Shown here in pieces: positions 29,779-39,423 of a stretch of 64,000 nt of DNA. The position numbers were made by a program, and so were the translations under genes. Within the stretch, counting starts at the first letter, position 1. Each line of letters starts with the position of its first letter. The stretch covers positions 384,001-448,000 of the forward strand of contig OZ242374.1 of assembly GCA_965209055.1 (NCBI GenBank), given 5' to 3'. The stretch is from Acidobacteriota bacterium. GTDB taxonomy: Bacteria > Acidobacteriota > UBA6911 > RPQK01 > JAJDTT01. Below the pieces are notes generated by a model. That model was not told where the DNA came from. It worked only from the letters and a program-made list of their open reading frames with translations, and did not search any database.

Positions 29779-29962
29779 CTTCACAGGCTCCGGTTCGAAT
29801 CGACAATGCAAGCAAAGGAGCCCCCGCGCGAACCGCAGGTCTATTCTTGGCGGTATTCTCGATTCCTTCTGGACGAGTGCGTTGTGCTCCTCCACAATGA
29901 ATTATTCTCCAATTCTCTTTGGTTCCGAATGCCTCGCGGCATGATCCGGCGGAGTATCTGCC

Positions 29963-31849
29963 ATGCATATCAAGAAGCGGTTTCTTCCGCTCCTGATGTT
30001 GATTCCGATTGCGGCCTGCTCGGATACGGGCGATGACGGTCCGGCCCTCGACACTGCCGCTGAACCAGCAGGAACCGGTTCTTCGGAGGCCATCTATCTG
30101 AGCGACCTGGACCGGTCGGAGCCCCGATCCTCCGTTTCCCGGGAGTGGAAACATGGGACTTGGCGCCTGATCGATTACACCGCCGAACGGGATGCCGAAG
30201 AGATTGACATCAAGTCGATACACGACGCGTTTCGGCAGAAGCCCGATCCCGGCCGGACCTTCTCCGGCACGCTGCTGCTGGCCATGCACGACAGTCGAGC
30301 TCCGGAGATCACCTATTCGCTGGACCGCACCGGCTGGCATCGAATCTACATCGGCATCTATCAGAAACCGTTCGAAGGGACCAAAGCGATCGACGTCCGA
30401 CTCTCTCGAGACGCGTCCTTTGCGACCCTGGAGGGATACGAGGGGGGAAAGGACCATCAGGAGAACCGGCTTCGCGAGGTCTATTGGAAGACGGCCGACC
30501 TGACGGGGCAGGCCATGCATTTCCGCCAGATCACATTTCCGCAGATTCGCGAAGCGTGGGTGGCGTTCGTCAAGCTGGTGCCTTTGTCGGAGGAGCAGGT
30601 TCGGGAGTTCGAAGCGGATCGCCGCAACCCGGAACACAAGAGGCTGTTCGTTCACATCGATCCCGGGATCTCCAACGAATCGGGCTCCGAGGAGACTCTC
30701 CTGTCTCTTCTGGACCCGCTCCGCCATGGGGACGTCGCCCGCCTCTACTGGGAAACGGGCATGGGGGACCGTGTCTTCTATTCCTCCAGTATCGGCAGGC
30801 GTCCGACGGAGACTCGTGACCACGGAGACGATCCGGACAACCCCTTTTACGGCCGCGCGTATGACGGGGTCGAATCCAAGACCTGGCGGGCCTACCGAAA
30901 GACCGGGGTCGAACCCTTGGAAGTGGCGGTGGAATTCGCGCACCAGCATGGCATCGAGCTCCACGCCGCCTACCGGGTGGCAGGCTTTCACTTCCCGGTT
31001 CCTCATTATTCGGAAACCAAGGGCAGCTTCTTCGAGCAGCATCCGGAACTGGTATGCGTCGATCGCGAGGGGAACCCGCTGCCCCGGATCTCCTACGCCT
31101 TTCCCGAAACTCGAAAGTACGTTCTGTCCCTGCTCCGGGAGACGGCGTCCAACTACGCCATCGACGGCGTGGCCCTCCTCTATAATCGCCGTCCGCCGCT
31201 ATTGGCCTATGAAGCTCCCATCGTGGAAGGATTCCAGGCCGAATACGGGGAGGACCCGCGCAAGCTGGATTCTCTGGACGAACGCTGGCTCCGGTACCGG
31301 TCCACCTTTCTGACCCGGTTCATGCGGGAGTTGCGGGCGATGCTGGACGAAGTGGCGCGTGAACAGGGGCGCAGCCGGCTGGCGGTGACCGCAGTCGTGT
31401 GCCGGCCGGGTGAGAATATCCTTCATGGCATGGACCTGAAGACCTGGGTCCGGGAGGGCTTGGTGGACACGCTGATCCCCTATTCCTCCTCGGTCCGGCT
31501 GAACAGCTTCGTGCCCGCCTGGGACGATCCACGGGATGTCGAGCACTTCGTCTCCCTGGTCGAGGGGACCGATTGCACGCTGGCGCTCAACATGATGCCC
31601 CGATCGATGACTTCGCGTGAGTACTACGACATGGCCTACCGCCTGTATCGGTCCGGCGTTGAGCGCTTCTTCTTCTGGGACGGCCTGGGGCGGACCGGCG
31701 GAGTGGGCCGGTGGCGCCGGGCGGCTCGCATCGGGCACCGCTCGGAGGTGGAGAAATGGTTCAAAAAGGGAAAGCCCAGCCTCCTCCCGGCCGCTTCACG
31801 CCTGTGGATTCTGGACGGATGGGATCTCAGATTGGAAACTCCCGGATAG
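29963..31849 (+). CDS. Lipoprotein with glycosyl-hydrolase-like 10 (GHL10/DUF187-type) TIM barrel
   Basis: IAAC lipobox, PLEVAVEFAHQHGIELHAAYR, SYAFPETR, YAIDGV, WVREGLVD. Confidence 0.7.
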   Translation: MHIKKRFLPLLMLIPIAACSDTGDDGPALDTAAEPAGTGSSEAIYLSDLDRSEPRSSVSREWKHGTWRLIDYTAERDAEEIDIKSIHDAFRQKPDPGRTFSGTLLLAMHDSRAPEITYSLDRTGWHRIYIGIYQKPFEGTKAIDVRLSRDASFATLEGYEGGKDHQENRLREVYWKTADLTGQAMHFRQITFPQIREAWVAFVKLVPLSEEQVREFEADRRNPEHKRLFVHIDPGISNESGSEETLLSLLDPLRHGDVARLYWETGMGDRVFYSSSIGRRPTETRDHGDDPDNPFYGRAYDGVESKTWRAYRKTGVEPLEVAVEFAHQHGIELHAAYRVAGFHFPVPHYSETKGSFFEQHPELVCVDREGNPLPRISYAFPETRKYVLSLLRETASNYAIDGVALLYNRRPPLLAYEAPIVEGFQAEYGEDPRKLDSLDERWLRYRSTFLTRFMRELRAMLDEVAREQGRSRLAVTAVVCRPGENILHGMDLKTWVREGLVDTLIPYSSSVRLNSFVPAWDDPRDVEHFVSLVEGTDCTLALNMMPRSMTSREYYDMAYRLYRSGVERFFFWDGLGRTGGVGRWRRAARIGHRSEVEKWFKKGKPSLLPAASRLWILDGWDLRLETPG

Positions 31850-31861
31850 AGGACAAGACTC

Positions 31862-32677
31862 ATGATCGCGCGCAGACAGTTCCTCGCATTCATGGCCGCC
31901 GCCCCGGCGATGGGCAAGATCCCGGTGCGCGACGCCGGACGGGTGGAGACGGTCTTCAAGACCCCCGGTCCCCACCCCAACGGTCTGCAGGCCACGCGGG
32001 AAGGCCTCTGGATCATTGACGGGGACGACGGCCGCGTCTTCCTCGTCCGCTACGAAGACGGCAAGGTCCTTCGCGGCTTCGAGACCGAGTGCGTGAAACC
32101 GAGCGGAATCACTTTCGACGGCGAGGCGATCTGGATGGCGTCGACCTACAGCCGGGAGATCATCCAGGCCGACGCGTCCAACGGAAAGACGATTCGGAAG
32201 TATTTCACGCCCGGGGCAGGTGTGATCTACAGAATGCCTTCGGATGCGCCCCACCGATCGAGTCCGCTCCTGCCTCCGCCGGAGCCATCGCCGGGCGAAC
32301 AGTCCGCGCCCAGCGCCTACGATGCCAGTCCCCGTGACGGAACCGGAGCTCACGGTCTCGAGTGGCAGGACGGCAAGCTCTGGGTGGCGGTCCCGCCGTC
32401 ACGGATGATCTACCGCATCGATCCCGCGAGCTGGATCGTCGAGCAACGCTTCCCCAGCTCCGGCAACCGTCCCCATGGGATCGGTTGGGCAGGGAACCAT
32501 CTTTGGTGCGCGGACACCAACCAGTACGCCTTCTTCAAGCACGATCCCGAAACCGGCGAGATCGTCGAGAGAGTCCAGCTCGCGGACGACGACCCGATAC
32601 CTCACGGGATGTCCATCCGGGACGGCGTCCTGTGGTATTGCGACGACGTCGGCATCGTCTGCCGGATGGAGATTTAG
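31862..32677 (+). CDS. Tat-exported beta-propeller protein (Vgb / glutaminyl-cyclase-like repeats)
   Basis: ARRQFL leader. Repeating blades PNGL..LW, PSGITFDGEAIW, AHGLEWQDGKLW, PHGIGW and PHGMSI. Confidence 0.7.
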   Translation: MIARRQFLAFMAAAPAMGKIPVRDAGRVETVFKTPGPHPNGLQATREGLWIIDGDDGRVFLVRYEDGKVLRGFETECVKPSGITFDGEAIWMASTYSREIIQADASNGKTIRKYFTPGAGVIYRMPSDAPHRSSPLLPPPEPSPGEQSAPSAYDASPRDGTGAHGLEWQDGKLWVAVPPSRMIYRIDPASWIVEQRFPSSGNRPHGIGWAGNHLWCADTNQYAFFKHDPETGEIVERVQLADDDPIPHGMSIRDGVLWYCDDVGIVCRMEI

Positions 32678-32902
32678 GAGGGGCAATCTCTAGTTCTGAC
32701 TGCCTCCAAGTCACTACAGAAGGTTAACTTTGTCGGTCATTTACCGGGTTCTATGCTGAATCGGCAAACTGGGTGACTCCCAATGTTCGGCGTGCTGCAC
32801 AGGCAACGAACAGGCAGCAGAATCGGCCCCTGAAAGCCGGCACGCCCTTCCTCCTTGCCCCTGTTCTTTCCGTGCCGGCGGGAAAAGGCCTGCAGGGATA
32901 CC

Positions 32903-32926
32903 TGTTACCAGGCATGCTTGGTAACA
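32903..32926. promoter_or_regulatory. 24-bp near-perfect palindrome upstream of the ECF sigma gene
   Basis: TGTTACCA-GGCATGCT-TGGTAACA, 15 bp before ATG 32942. Confidence 0.5.
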
Positions 32927-32941
32927 TCGGGGATAGACTCC

Positions 32942-33538
32942 ATGGGAAAAGTGACCCCAAGCCTGAACGTCCTTCCCAACCCGGCGCTCAAGCCGGAAGT
33001 CACGGACTGCGCCCTCTTGGAGGGCAACCTGGAAGAGTGGATCGTCTGCTGTTCTCAGCGCTTCTTCCCGCTGGCCCGGAGAATTGCCAGAGACGACAGT
33101 CTCGCCGAAGACGCGCTCCAGACCAGTTGGATCAAGATCCTCCAATCCATCAACCATGCCTACTTCAACGGTCCCAAGGCCTGCCCCTGGGTGAGCCGGA
33201 TTGTCGCCAACACGGCCAAGGATATTCGGCGGCGGCGCCGGAGAGAGGTTCCCTTCTTCGAAGCCGAAGCTCCGGGCCGGACGCCTGAGGATCTGGCCCA
33301 AGAGAAGCAGATGTTGGTCCTGCTGAGGGAAATGGTGTCGCTGCTCCCGGACATCTACCGCCAAGTGATCGAATTGCGTGTCTATGAAGGATACTCCACG
33401 CGGCAGACGGCAGACCTGCTCCATGTCTCCCGCTCGGATGTCTCGACTCGATTGCATCGGGCCACCAAGCTGCTCCAGCGGCGCATCGATTCCCACCTTG
33501 AACCTGCCCCACCCCGAAGCTCCACGACTAAGGGATAG
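32942..33538 (+). CDS. ECF-type RNA polymerase sigma-70 factor
   Basis: Region 2 LAEDALQTSWIK..WVSRIVANTAKD and region 4 LPDIYRQVIELR..EGYSTRQTADLL..VSTRLHRA. Confidence 0.9.
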   Translation: MGKVTPSLNVLPNPALKPEVTDCALLEGNLEEWIVCCSQRFFPLARRIARDDSLAEDALQTSWIKILQSINHAYFNGPKACPWVSRIVANTAKDIRRRRRREVPFFEAEAPGRTPEDLAQEKQMLVLLREMVSLLPDIYRQVIELRVYEGYSTRQTADLLHVSRSDVSTRLHRATKLLQRRIDSHLEPAPPRSSTTKG

Positions 33539-33613
33539 CCTCAGTTAAGGGCCCCTTTCCCGTCACTTCGACGATCCCCATCGGGGGCCCTTTCGCCCGA
33601 TGGGAAAAAAGAT

Positions 33614-33642
33614 TGTGACCGATTCCGATTTCAGGCGTTGTA
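33614..33642 (+). promoter_or_regulatory. Candidate ECF-dependent promoter
   Basis: An A-tract followed by TGTGACC-N15-CGTTGTA, resembling ECF -35/-10 (CGT) architecture, between the sigma gene and the next ORF. Confidence 0.35.
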
Positions 33643-33726
33643 CTGGGTAGAGGGGGAGGGCCCAAGGCGTCAGGAGAGAGATGATGCGGGTGAATGACCA
33701 CGGGGGCGAAGACAGTAGGAAAATCC

Positions 33727-34110
33727 ATGCAAGACATCAGCGTCTCTCTTACGGTTATCGTATTCCTGGCTCTGGGTGCTCTGCTTGTCGCCGCGGTGGC
33801 GGTCCCGGTGGAGATCGTGGGCACGCTTCAGCACGTCAACTCAGTTCCACCCGGCGGAAAGATCCTGGTGGTTCAGGGGATGCCCCATTTGAGTTTCACC
33901 ACGTATGAGGTGGAGGAAGACAGGCGGTTCCGATTCACGCGCGATTCCGAGGGGCTTCTGGTGATCCATGCAGTGGCCCGGGGCCGTTCCTCTACGGAAC
34001 GAGCGAGCGATGCCGTGACCACAAGAGCCGTGGTCGTGAACCTCACGCTGCCCTCAGGTCGGTCCATGCCGGTTCGAGTGGTCGATTCCGAGGGCAACGC
34101 CGTTCGTTAG
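33727..34110 (+). pseudogene. Secreted beta-sandwich (carboxypeptidase-regulatory-like) protein, apparently truncated
   Basis: Signal peptide and one degenerate domain. It stops just at the start of a second unit (VRVVDSEGNAVR*) where it meets the convergent PhyH gene. Confidence 0.45.
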
Positions 34111-35099
34111 CCGGCCGCGCCCTCCGGCGTGGGGAGGCCGGCGGCTGGAACCCGCCGCTCCAATTGAGCCGCCAACTTTGCGATGAGTTCCGGACTCGGA
34201 TCATCGCCCTGCTTGAACGCCATGATCTGGATCTCTTCGAACCGGTCGCCGCCGATGCCCTGGGCTATGCAGATCCGCTCCACTTCCGCCCGGAAGACCT
34301 CCAGTTCCGGACCCGTTCGCTCGGCCTGCCACATCGTCGGCCTGCGCGCCGGATAGGTGATGGTGTTGAGCGAAAGCCTGACCAGACCGCTGCCGTTGGG
34401 AAGCGAGCGATGGACGGCGCAGCAGTGGAACATGAGGAGATCGCCCACCTCGAACGGCGAGGAGGTCCAAACGCCGTGCGTGTCTTCCAGACGCACTCCC
34501 TTCTGCGTCCGCCCCTTGAAGAAGTATGAGTACACCCCGTCAAATTCGACATGCTCCTGGAGGCCGTGCTTGTGGGAACCGGACGCGATGGCCAGTCCTC
34601 CGTTGGCGATCTCCATATCCATGAGGGGAACCCAGATCATGCGGAACTCGTCGGTTTCGCGGATGTAGAAGTGGTCCTGATGGGGTGGCGTCAGATAGGG
34701 CGCATCGGTGGGCATGGAATAGCGGAATCCGATGGACCGTCCGACCCGCGCCTTCTCTCCAAAAGCGATATCCACGGCCTCCTGCAGTTCCGGAGAAGCC
34801 ATCAGCTCCCAGGGAGATTTCAGCCGGTAGAGAGGCCCCATGTCGACCTCGACGGCGCTGGCGCCGGGTGTCGCCCGCGGTTCGGCCGAGTCCTCCTCCA
34901 TGACGCCCTGCCGCTGCAGGACGCCGGCGATATCCGATCTCGCTCGGAGTACGGTCTCCGGATTCAGGGCGCCCTTGAAAAGGAGGTAGCCGTTCTCTTC
35001 AAAGGAGCTTCGGATGTCCTCGGGATGGTCGCGGCCGATGCGGACCTCGTGAAAAGGGGCGAGCGGTTCGTTTGAGCCCCGGTCGGAAGGCTGTGTCAT
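34107..35099 (-). CDS. Phytanoyl-CoA dioxygenase (PhyH) family Fe/2OG dioxygenase
   Basis: TPPHQD, WVPL.D, NGGL...GSH, HRSLPN...RLS. Confidence 0.9.
   Translation of the reverse strand: MTQPSDRGSNEPLAPFHEVRIGRDHPEDIRSSFEENGYLLFKGALNPETVLRARSDIAGVLQRQGVMEEDSAEPRATPGASAVEVDMGPLYRLKSPWELMASPELQEAVDIAFGEKARVGRSIGFRYSMPTDAPYLTPPHQDHFYIRETDEFRMIWVPLMDMEIANGGLAIASGSHKHGLQEHVEFDGVYSYFFKGRTQKGVRLEDTHGVWTSSPFEVGDLLMFHCCAVHRSLPNGSGLVRLSLNTITYPARRPTMWQAERTGPELEVFRAEVERICIAQGIGGDRFEEIQIMAFKQGDDPSPELIAKLAAQLERRVPAAGLPTPEGAAG
34139..34166. repeat. REP-like copy inside the 3' end of the PhyH gene
   Basis: CGGCGGCTGGAACCCGCCGCTCCAATTG. Its reverse complement begins CAATTGGAGCGG, the same as at 62885. Confidence 0.55.
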
Positions 35100-35115
35100 T
35101 CGATTTCCCCGACGG

Positions 35116-36831
35116 TCAATCCCCGCTCCCTGCCGGAATCACGGGGAGCACCAGGTGGGAGGGGTGCCGGGCGTTGTGGTAGACGGTCTGTCTGGCCACC
35201 ACGATCTCGTCGCTGGTCCCCAGCGGCTCGCCGATGTTCTGATTGCGGGCAAACCGGGGGAAATTGCTGCTGGAAATTTCCAGACGGATCCGATGCCCCG
35301 CCTTGAAGACGTAGCTGGTCTCCCACAAGCTGATGTCGTACTCGTAGACCTTCCCCGGCTCGATCAGCGTCGGAGTCTCCAGGGAATCCCGGAAGCGGGC
35401 TCCCCGGATCCCCTCGCAGACGTGAATCGCCTGGCCGTCCGGCTGCACGTCGCTCAGCGTCGCCGTCCAGTCGGTGTCGACGGCGCTGGAGGCCGCGTAG
35501 AGTTTGAAGTCGACGGGGCCGGTGACTTCCATGTCCCGCTCCAGCGGTTCCGAGGTGTAGACCAGAATGTCCTGGCGGCTCTGAACGGAACTCCTGTCTT
35601 TACGCCCCCGAATCTCCCCGTGGGTCGAGATCTGTCCTCCCAGAGTCGGCACCGGGTCTTCCGGATCGTAGGCGTAGCGGTCCGGCGGCTCGTCCCGGGC
35701 GGGCGATGACATCAGAGCGCCGTCCCCTTGGTCACCGTTGGCCTTGCCCGAACTCCTGATGTAATACTTCGTGAACCGGGTCCGGGCCAGGGGCCACTCG
35801 TTCTCGAAGCGCCAGACGTCGGGGCCCATGACGAAGATCTTGATGGGGGGTTCGGCGTCGATCCCGTTCTGGATGCCCTTGAGCCAGTAGTCGTACCACC
35901 TCAACTCCACGTCGAGCAGCTCCGGATAGGAGTTCGTCCCCCCATGGACCCAAGGGCCCACCAGGATCTTCGTCCCTTTGCGCGCCGCCTCGGAGCCGCC
36001 CTCTTCGGTGAAGCCCTTGAAGTTCCGCCAGCCCTCGTGAACCAGGTTGTCGTACCAGCCGGTCATGAAATAGGCCGGGACCTGGATCTGCCCGTACTTC
36101 TCCTTGATCCCGTAGGCCTGCCAGTATTCGTCGTACCTGGCGTGGGCGAACCAGTCCTTCACGTGCTGGACCTGGGGGAAGTCGTCCACCGCCGCCATGA
36201 GGGGCAGGCGGCGGTAATGGGGGTCTTCCGCGGGTAGGATCTTCTGGGTCTGGGCGCCCTGCTTGGTGAAGAGTCCGAACTCGAAGACCACGTTCAACTG
36301 CATGACCCCGTCGTTGTAGAGGTGTCCGAAGTTGGTCTGCTGGTTTTCTCGGGGCACCAGGCACTTGAGGTAGGGGCTGCCCAGGGGGGCCGGCATCACC
36401 TGGGTGAAACCGTTGTAGGAGATCCCCATGGTGCCGATTTCTCCGTTGGACCATGGTTGTTGCCCCAACCACTGCTGGGCGTCGTAGCCGTCGCGGGGTT
36501 CGTTCACATAAGGAACCCAGGTCCCTCCCGAGTCGTAGCGCCCGCGGGAATCCACCAATGCGACGGCGTAGCCTCTCTTGGCGAAGTACTCGGCGTGTTC
36601 GTTCTGGAAGGGGGCCCGGAAGTATCTCAACAGCATGAGAGTCGGAAACTTGCCCGGCGCATCGGGGCGAAAGACGTGGGCGGCCAGGTTGACGCCGTCC
36701 CGCATGGGGACGGGCATTTTGCTCTCGTCGATGATCTCGTGGACGGGTTGCGAAGGGCCGGCCGGTTCAGGAACCGAGCAGGCCGCAATCAGCAGCAGTA
36801 GACCAGGGAACAGTCGCACCGGCGAGATCAT
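35116..36831 (-). CDS. CocE/NonD family hydrolase, lipoprotein
   Basis: IAAC lipobox, PMRDGV.L, DSRGRYDS, GISYNG, TGWYD, GPWVH, SSSNFPRF. Confidence 0.92.
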   Translation of the reverse strand: MISPVRLFPGLLLLIAACSVPEPAGPSQPVHEIIDESKMPVPMRDGVNLAAHVFRPDAPGKFPTLMLLRYFRAPFQNEHAEYFAKRGYAVALVDSRGRYDSGGTWVPYVNEPRDGYDAQQWLGQQPWSNGEIGTMGISYNGFTQVMPAPLGSPYLKCLVPRENQQTNFGHLYNDGVMQLNVVFEFGLFTKQGAQTQKILPAEDPHYRRLPLMAAVDDFPQVQHVKDWFAHARYDEYWQAYGIKEKYGQIQVPAYFMTGWYDNLVHEGWRNFKGFTEEGGSEAARKGTKILVGPWVHGGTNSYPELLDVELRWYDYWLKGIQNGIDAEPPIKIFVMGPDVWRFENEWPLARTRFTKYYIRSSGKANGDQGDGALMSSPARDEPPDRYAYDPEDPVPTLGGQISTHGEIRGRKDRSSVQSRQDILVYTSEPLERDMEVTGPVDFKLYAASSAVDTDWTATLSDVQPDGQAIHVCEGIRGARFRDSLETPTLIEPGKVYEYDISLWETSYVFKAGHRIRLEISSSNFPRFARNQNIGEPLGTSDEIVVARQTVYHNARHPSHLVLPVIPAGSGD

Positions 36832-36896
36832 TTCAGGCCTCCCTTTCCAACCCGCACCTCAGGAGGTTTCGAGGGCGTCGCGATGGGACGGGACGG

Positions 36897-36918
36897 TGTC
36901 GAAATGCGTTTTTCGACA
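36897..36918. promoter_or_regulatory. Inverted repeat in the divergent CocE/PhyH promoter region
   Basis: TGTCGAAA-N6-TTTCGACA. Confidence 0.45.
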
Positions 36919-36996
36919 GAAATTTGGGGTAGGGTATTTTCAAGTTCGGCGTTGGATTTTAACATGCTCCCATAACTCGATCAGGAGCAACCCGTC

Positions 36997-38010
36997 ATGA
37001 AACCATTTCTCGACTCTTCCCGCGTCATCAGCAACGGTCCCGAACTGGCCCGCCGCATGAAAAGGGACGGCTATCTCTTCGTGCGCGGTCTATTGCCGGC
37101 GGAACCCCTGGAATCCTTGCGCATGCAGTTTCTGGAGATCGCGGCCGCCAACGGCTGGATCAGCACCAGGAACGCCTCCTTGGAGGAGGGCGTCGCCGAC
37201 CTGTCCGGGTTCTGCGTCGAGCCGGAACCGAAATACATGGAGGTCTACGAGCAGTTCTACCGGCTCCAGGATTTTCACGCGCTGCCCCACCACCCTCGAA
37301 TCCTGGGGTTGCTGGAGCGGATGACGGGAGAGCCGGTCATTCACCATCCGCGGATCATCGCCCGTTTCATGTTCCCGCGGCGAAACGCCTATACGACCAA
37401 GGCGCACCAGGACTTCATTCCCATCCAGGGGACCGAAGAAACCTTCACCGCCTGGATTCCGCTGTCGGACCTGCCGGAAGAAATGGGCGGGCTGCAGATC
37501 GCCGCCGGCTCGCACCTGGGCGGGGTCTATGACATCAAGCCGGCCTTGGGCGCCGGCGGCTTCGAGATCGCCGCCGACCTGGGAGATTGCTGGGTGGGCA
37601 ACAGTTTCCGGCAAGGTGACGTGCTGTTTTTCCACAGCCTGGCGGCGCACCGCGGGGTCTCGAACCGGGGAAAGCGCATGCGCATGTCCATCGACGGCCG
37701 CTACCAGAAGCGGAGCGATCCCATCACCGCGGACAGCCTGTCACCCCATATGGGCGTCGACGGGTTGAGCTGGGAAGAGATCTACGCGGACTGGACCTCC
37801 GGCGAATTCCAGTACTACTGGAAGGATTGGAATCCCCGGATCGCGGAATACGACCCCAGCTACTTCGAACGGCGCGACGTGCTGGCCATGGAAATGGCGG
37901 AACAGGGGGACGAAATCGCCCGTTCCACTTTGCAGCGCATCGTCGCCCGGGATCAAAATCCGGAAAAACGCGCCCGGGCCCAGAGTCTGCTGACTCGGCT
38001 GGACGCGTAG
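36997..38010 (+). CDS. PhyH family Fe/2OG dioxygenase
   Basis: TKAHQD, TAWIPL.D, GGL..AAGSH, AHRG..N...RMSID. Confidence 0.9.
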   Translation: MKPFLDSSRVISNGPELARRMKRDGYLFVRGLLPAEPLESLRMQFLEIAAANGWISTRNASLEEGVADLSGFCVEPEPKYMEVYEQFYRLQDFHALPHHPRILGLLERMTGEPVIHHPRIIARFMFPRRNAYTTKAHQDFIPIQGTEETFTAWIPLSDLPEEMGGLQIAAGSHLGGVYDIKPALGAGGFEIAADLGDCWVGNSFRQGDVLFFHSLAAHRGVSNRGKRMRMSIDGRYQKRSDPITADSLSPHMGVDGLSWEEIYADWTSGEFQYYWKDWNPRIAEYDPSYFERRDVLAMEMAEQGDEIARSTLQRIVARDQNPEKRARAQSLLTRLDA

Positions 38011-38022
38011 AGCGGCGTCTTG

Positions 38023-38049
38023 GATCGGCGGCTCTCCAGCCGCCGATCT
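38023..38049. repeat. REP-like palindrome variant
   Basis: GATCGGCGGCTCTCCAGCCGCCGATC downstream of the PhyH stop. Confidence 0.65.
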
Positions 38050-38153
38050 CCAGACTCACAAAATACCCAGGACTCCCCCGTCGGCCACCCCGCCACCCTT
38101 CTCCAGATTCATAGCCCACCCCACCTCCGTTCGGTATAATCTTCGCTTTCCCC

Positions 38154-39404
38154 ATGCAGAAATACTCCTTTCTGAGCCTGGCGCGGAACGCCCTCAGCTA
38201 CCACGAAAACTGGCAGCGCGCCTGGCGGAGTCCCGACCCGAAGCCCGAGTACGACGTTGTCATTGTGGGCGGCGGCGGCCACGGCCTCGCCACCGCCTAC
38301 TACCTGGTCAAGGAGCATCGCGCCGGCAGCGTCGCCGTCCTGGAGAAGGGGTACGTCGGAGGCGGCAACACTGGACGCAACACCGAGATCGTCCGCTCCA
38401 ACTACCTCTGGGACGAAGCCGCCCACATCTACGAGTTTTCACTGAAGCTCTGGGAAGGCCTCACCCAGGAGATCAACTTCAACCTGATGTTCAGCCAGCG
38501 GGGGCTGCTGAGCCTGGGACACACGCTCCAGGACCTCCGGGACATTCAGCGCCGCATCAACGCCAACCTCCTCAACGGCATCGACAGCGAGTTCCTGACC
38601 CCGGAGCAGATCAAGGAGATGGTCCCGGCCATCGACATCTCTCCCCGGGCCCGACATCCCATTCTGGGAGCCTCGCTGCAGCGCCGGGGAGGGACGGCCC
38701 GCCACGATGCCCTGGCCTGGGGGCTGGCCCGGGCCGCGGATTCGGTGGGGGTGGACGTCATTCACAACTGCGAGGTGACGGGCATCCGCAGGGAAAACGG
38801 CGCCGTAACCGGAGTGGACACGTCGCGAGGATTCATCAAAGCCGGCAAGGTCGGCTGCGTTACGGCGGGCAACTCGGGGGTCCTGGCCTCCATGGCGGGG
38901 ATGCGGCTGCCGTTGGAGAGCCGACCCCTGCAGGCTTGGGTTTCCCAACCCCTCAAGCCGATTCTGGACGTGGTGGTGATGTCCAACGCCGTGCACGCCT
39001 ACATCAGCCAGACCGACCGGGGCGAGTTGCTCTGCGGCGCCGGCGTCGACTCCTACAACGGCTACGGCCAGCGCGGCAGCCCCGCCACCCTGGAGCACGC
39101 CATCGCCGCCATCATCGAGATGTTTCCCAGTTTCAGCCGGGTTCGAATGCTGCGGCAGTGGGCCGGCACCGTGGACACCTGTCCGGACGCCTGCCCCATC
39201 ATCGGCCTCACCCCCGTGAAGGGACTCTACTTCAACTGCGGATGGGGGACCGGAGGGTACAAGTCGACGCCGGGCTCCGGATGGGTCTTCGCCCACACCA
39301 TCGCGCAGAACCGCCCCCACCGCCTCAACGAGCCGTTCTCGCTGGAGCGGTTCACGACGGGGCACCTCATCGACGAGCACGGCGCCGCGGGAGTGGCTCA
39401 CTGA
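38154..39404 (+). CDS. soxB: Sarcosine oxidase beta subunit
   Basis: GGGGHGLATAYYL, GNTGRNT..RSNYL, ARHDA..WG, and the LIDEHGAAGVAH terminus. Confidence 0.95.
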   Translation: MQKYSFLSLARNALSYHENWQRAWRSPDPKPEYDVVIVGGGGHGLATAYYLVKEHRAGSVAVLEKGYVGGGNTGRNTEIVRSNYLWDEAAHIYEFSLKLWEGLTQEINFNLMFSQRGLLSLGHTLQDLRDIQRRINANLLNGIDSEFLTPEQIKEMVPAIDISPRARHPILGASLQRRGGTARHDALAWGLARAADSVGVDVIHNCEVTGIRRENGAVTGVDTSRGFIKAGKVGCVTAGNSGVLASMAGMRLPLESRPLQAWVSQPLKPILDVVVMSNAVHAYISQTDRGELLCGAGVDSYNGYGQRGSPATLEHAIAAIIEMFPSFSRVRMLRQWAGTVDTCPDACPIIGLTPVKGLYFNCGWGTGGYKSTPGSGWVFAHTIAQNRPHRLNEPFSLERFTTGHLIDEHGAAGVAH

Positions 39405-39423
39405 AGCCCGAAGGGCGGATCTC

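Noticed and set aside
29785-29810. GGTTCGAATC tRNA T-loop-like sequence
   Set aside because: The flanks do not pair into a T-stem, and no cloverleaf or CCA end can be built.
33578-33610. Hairpin plus A-run as an intrinsic terminator
   Set aside because: No U-tract follows the stem on either strand.
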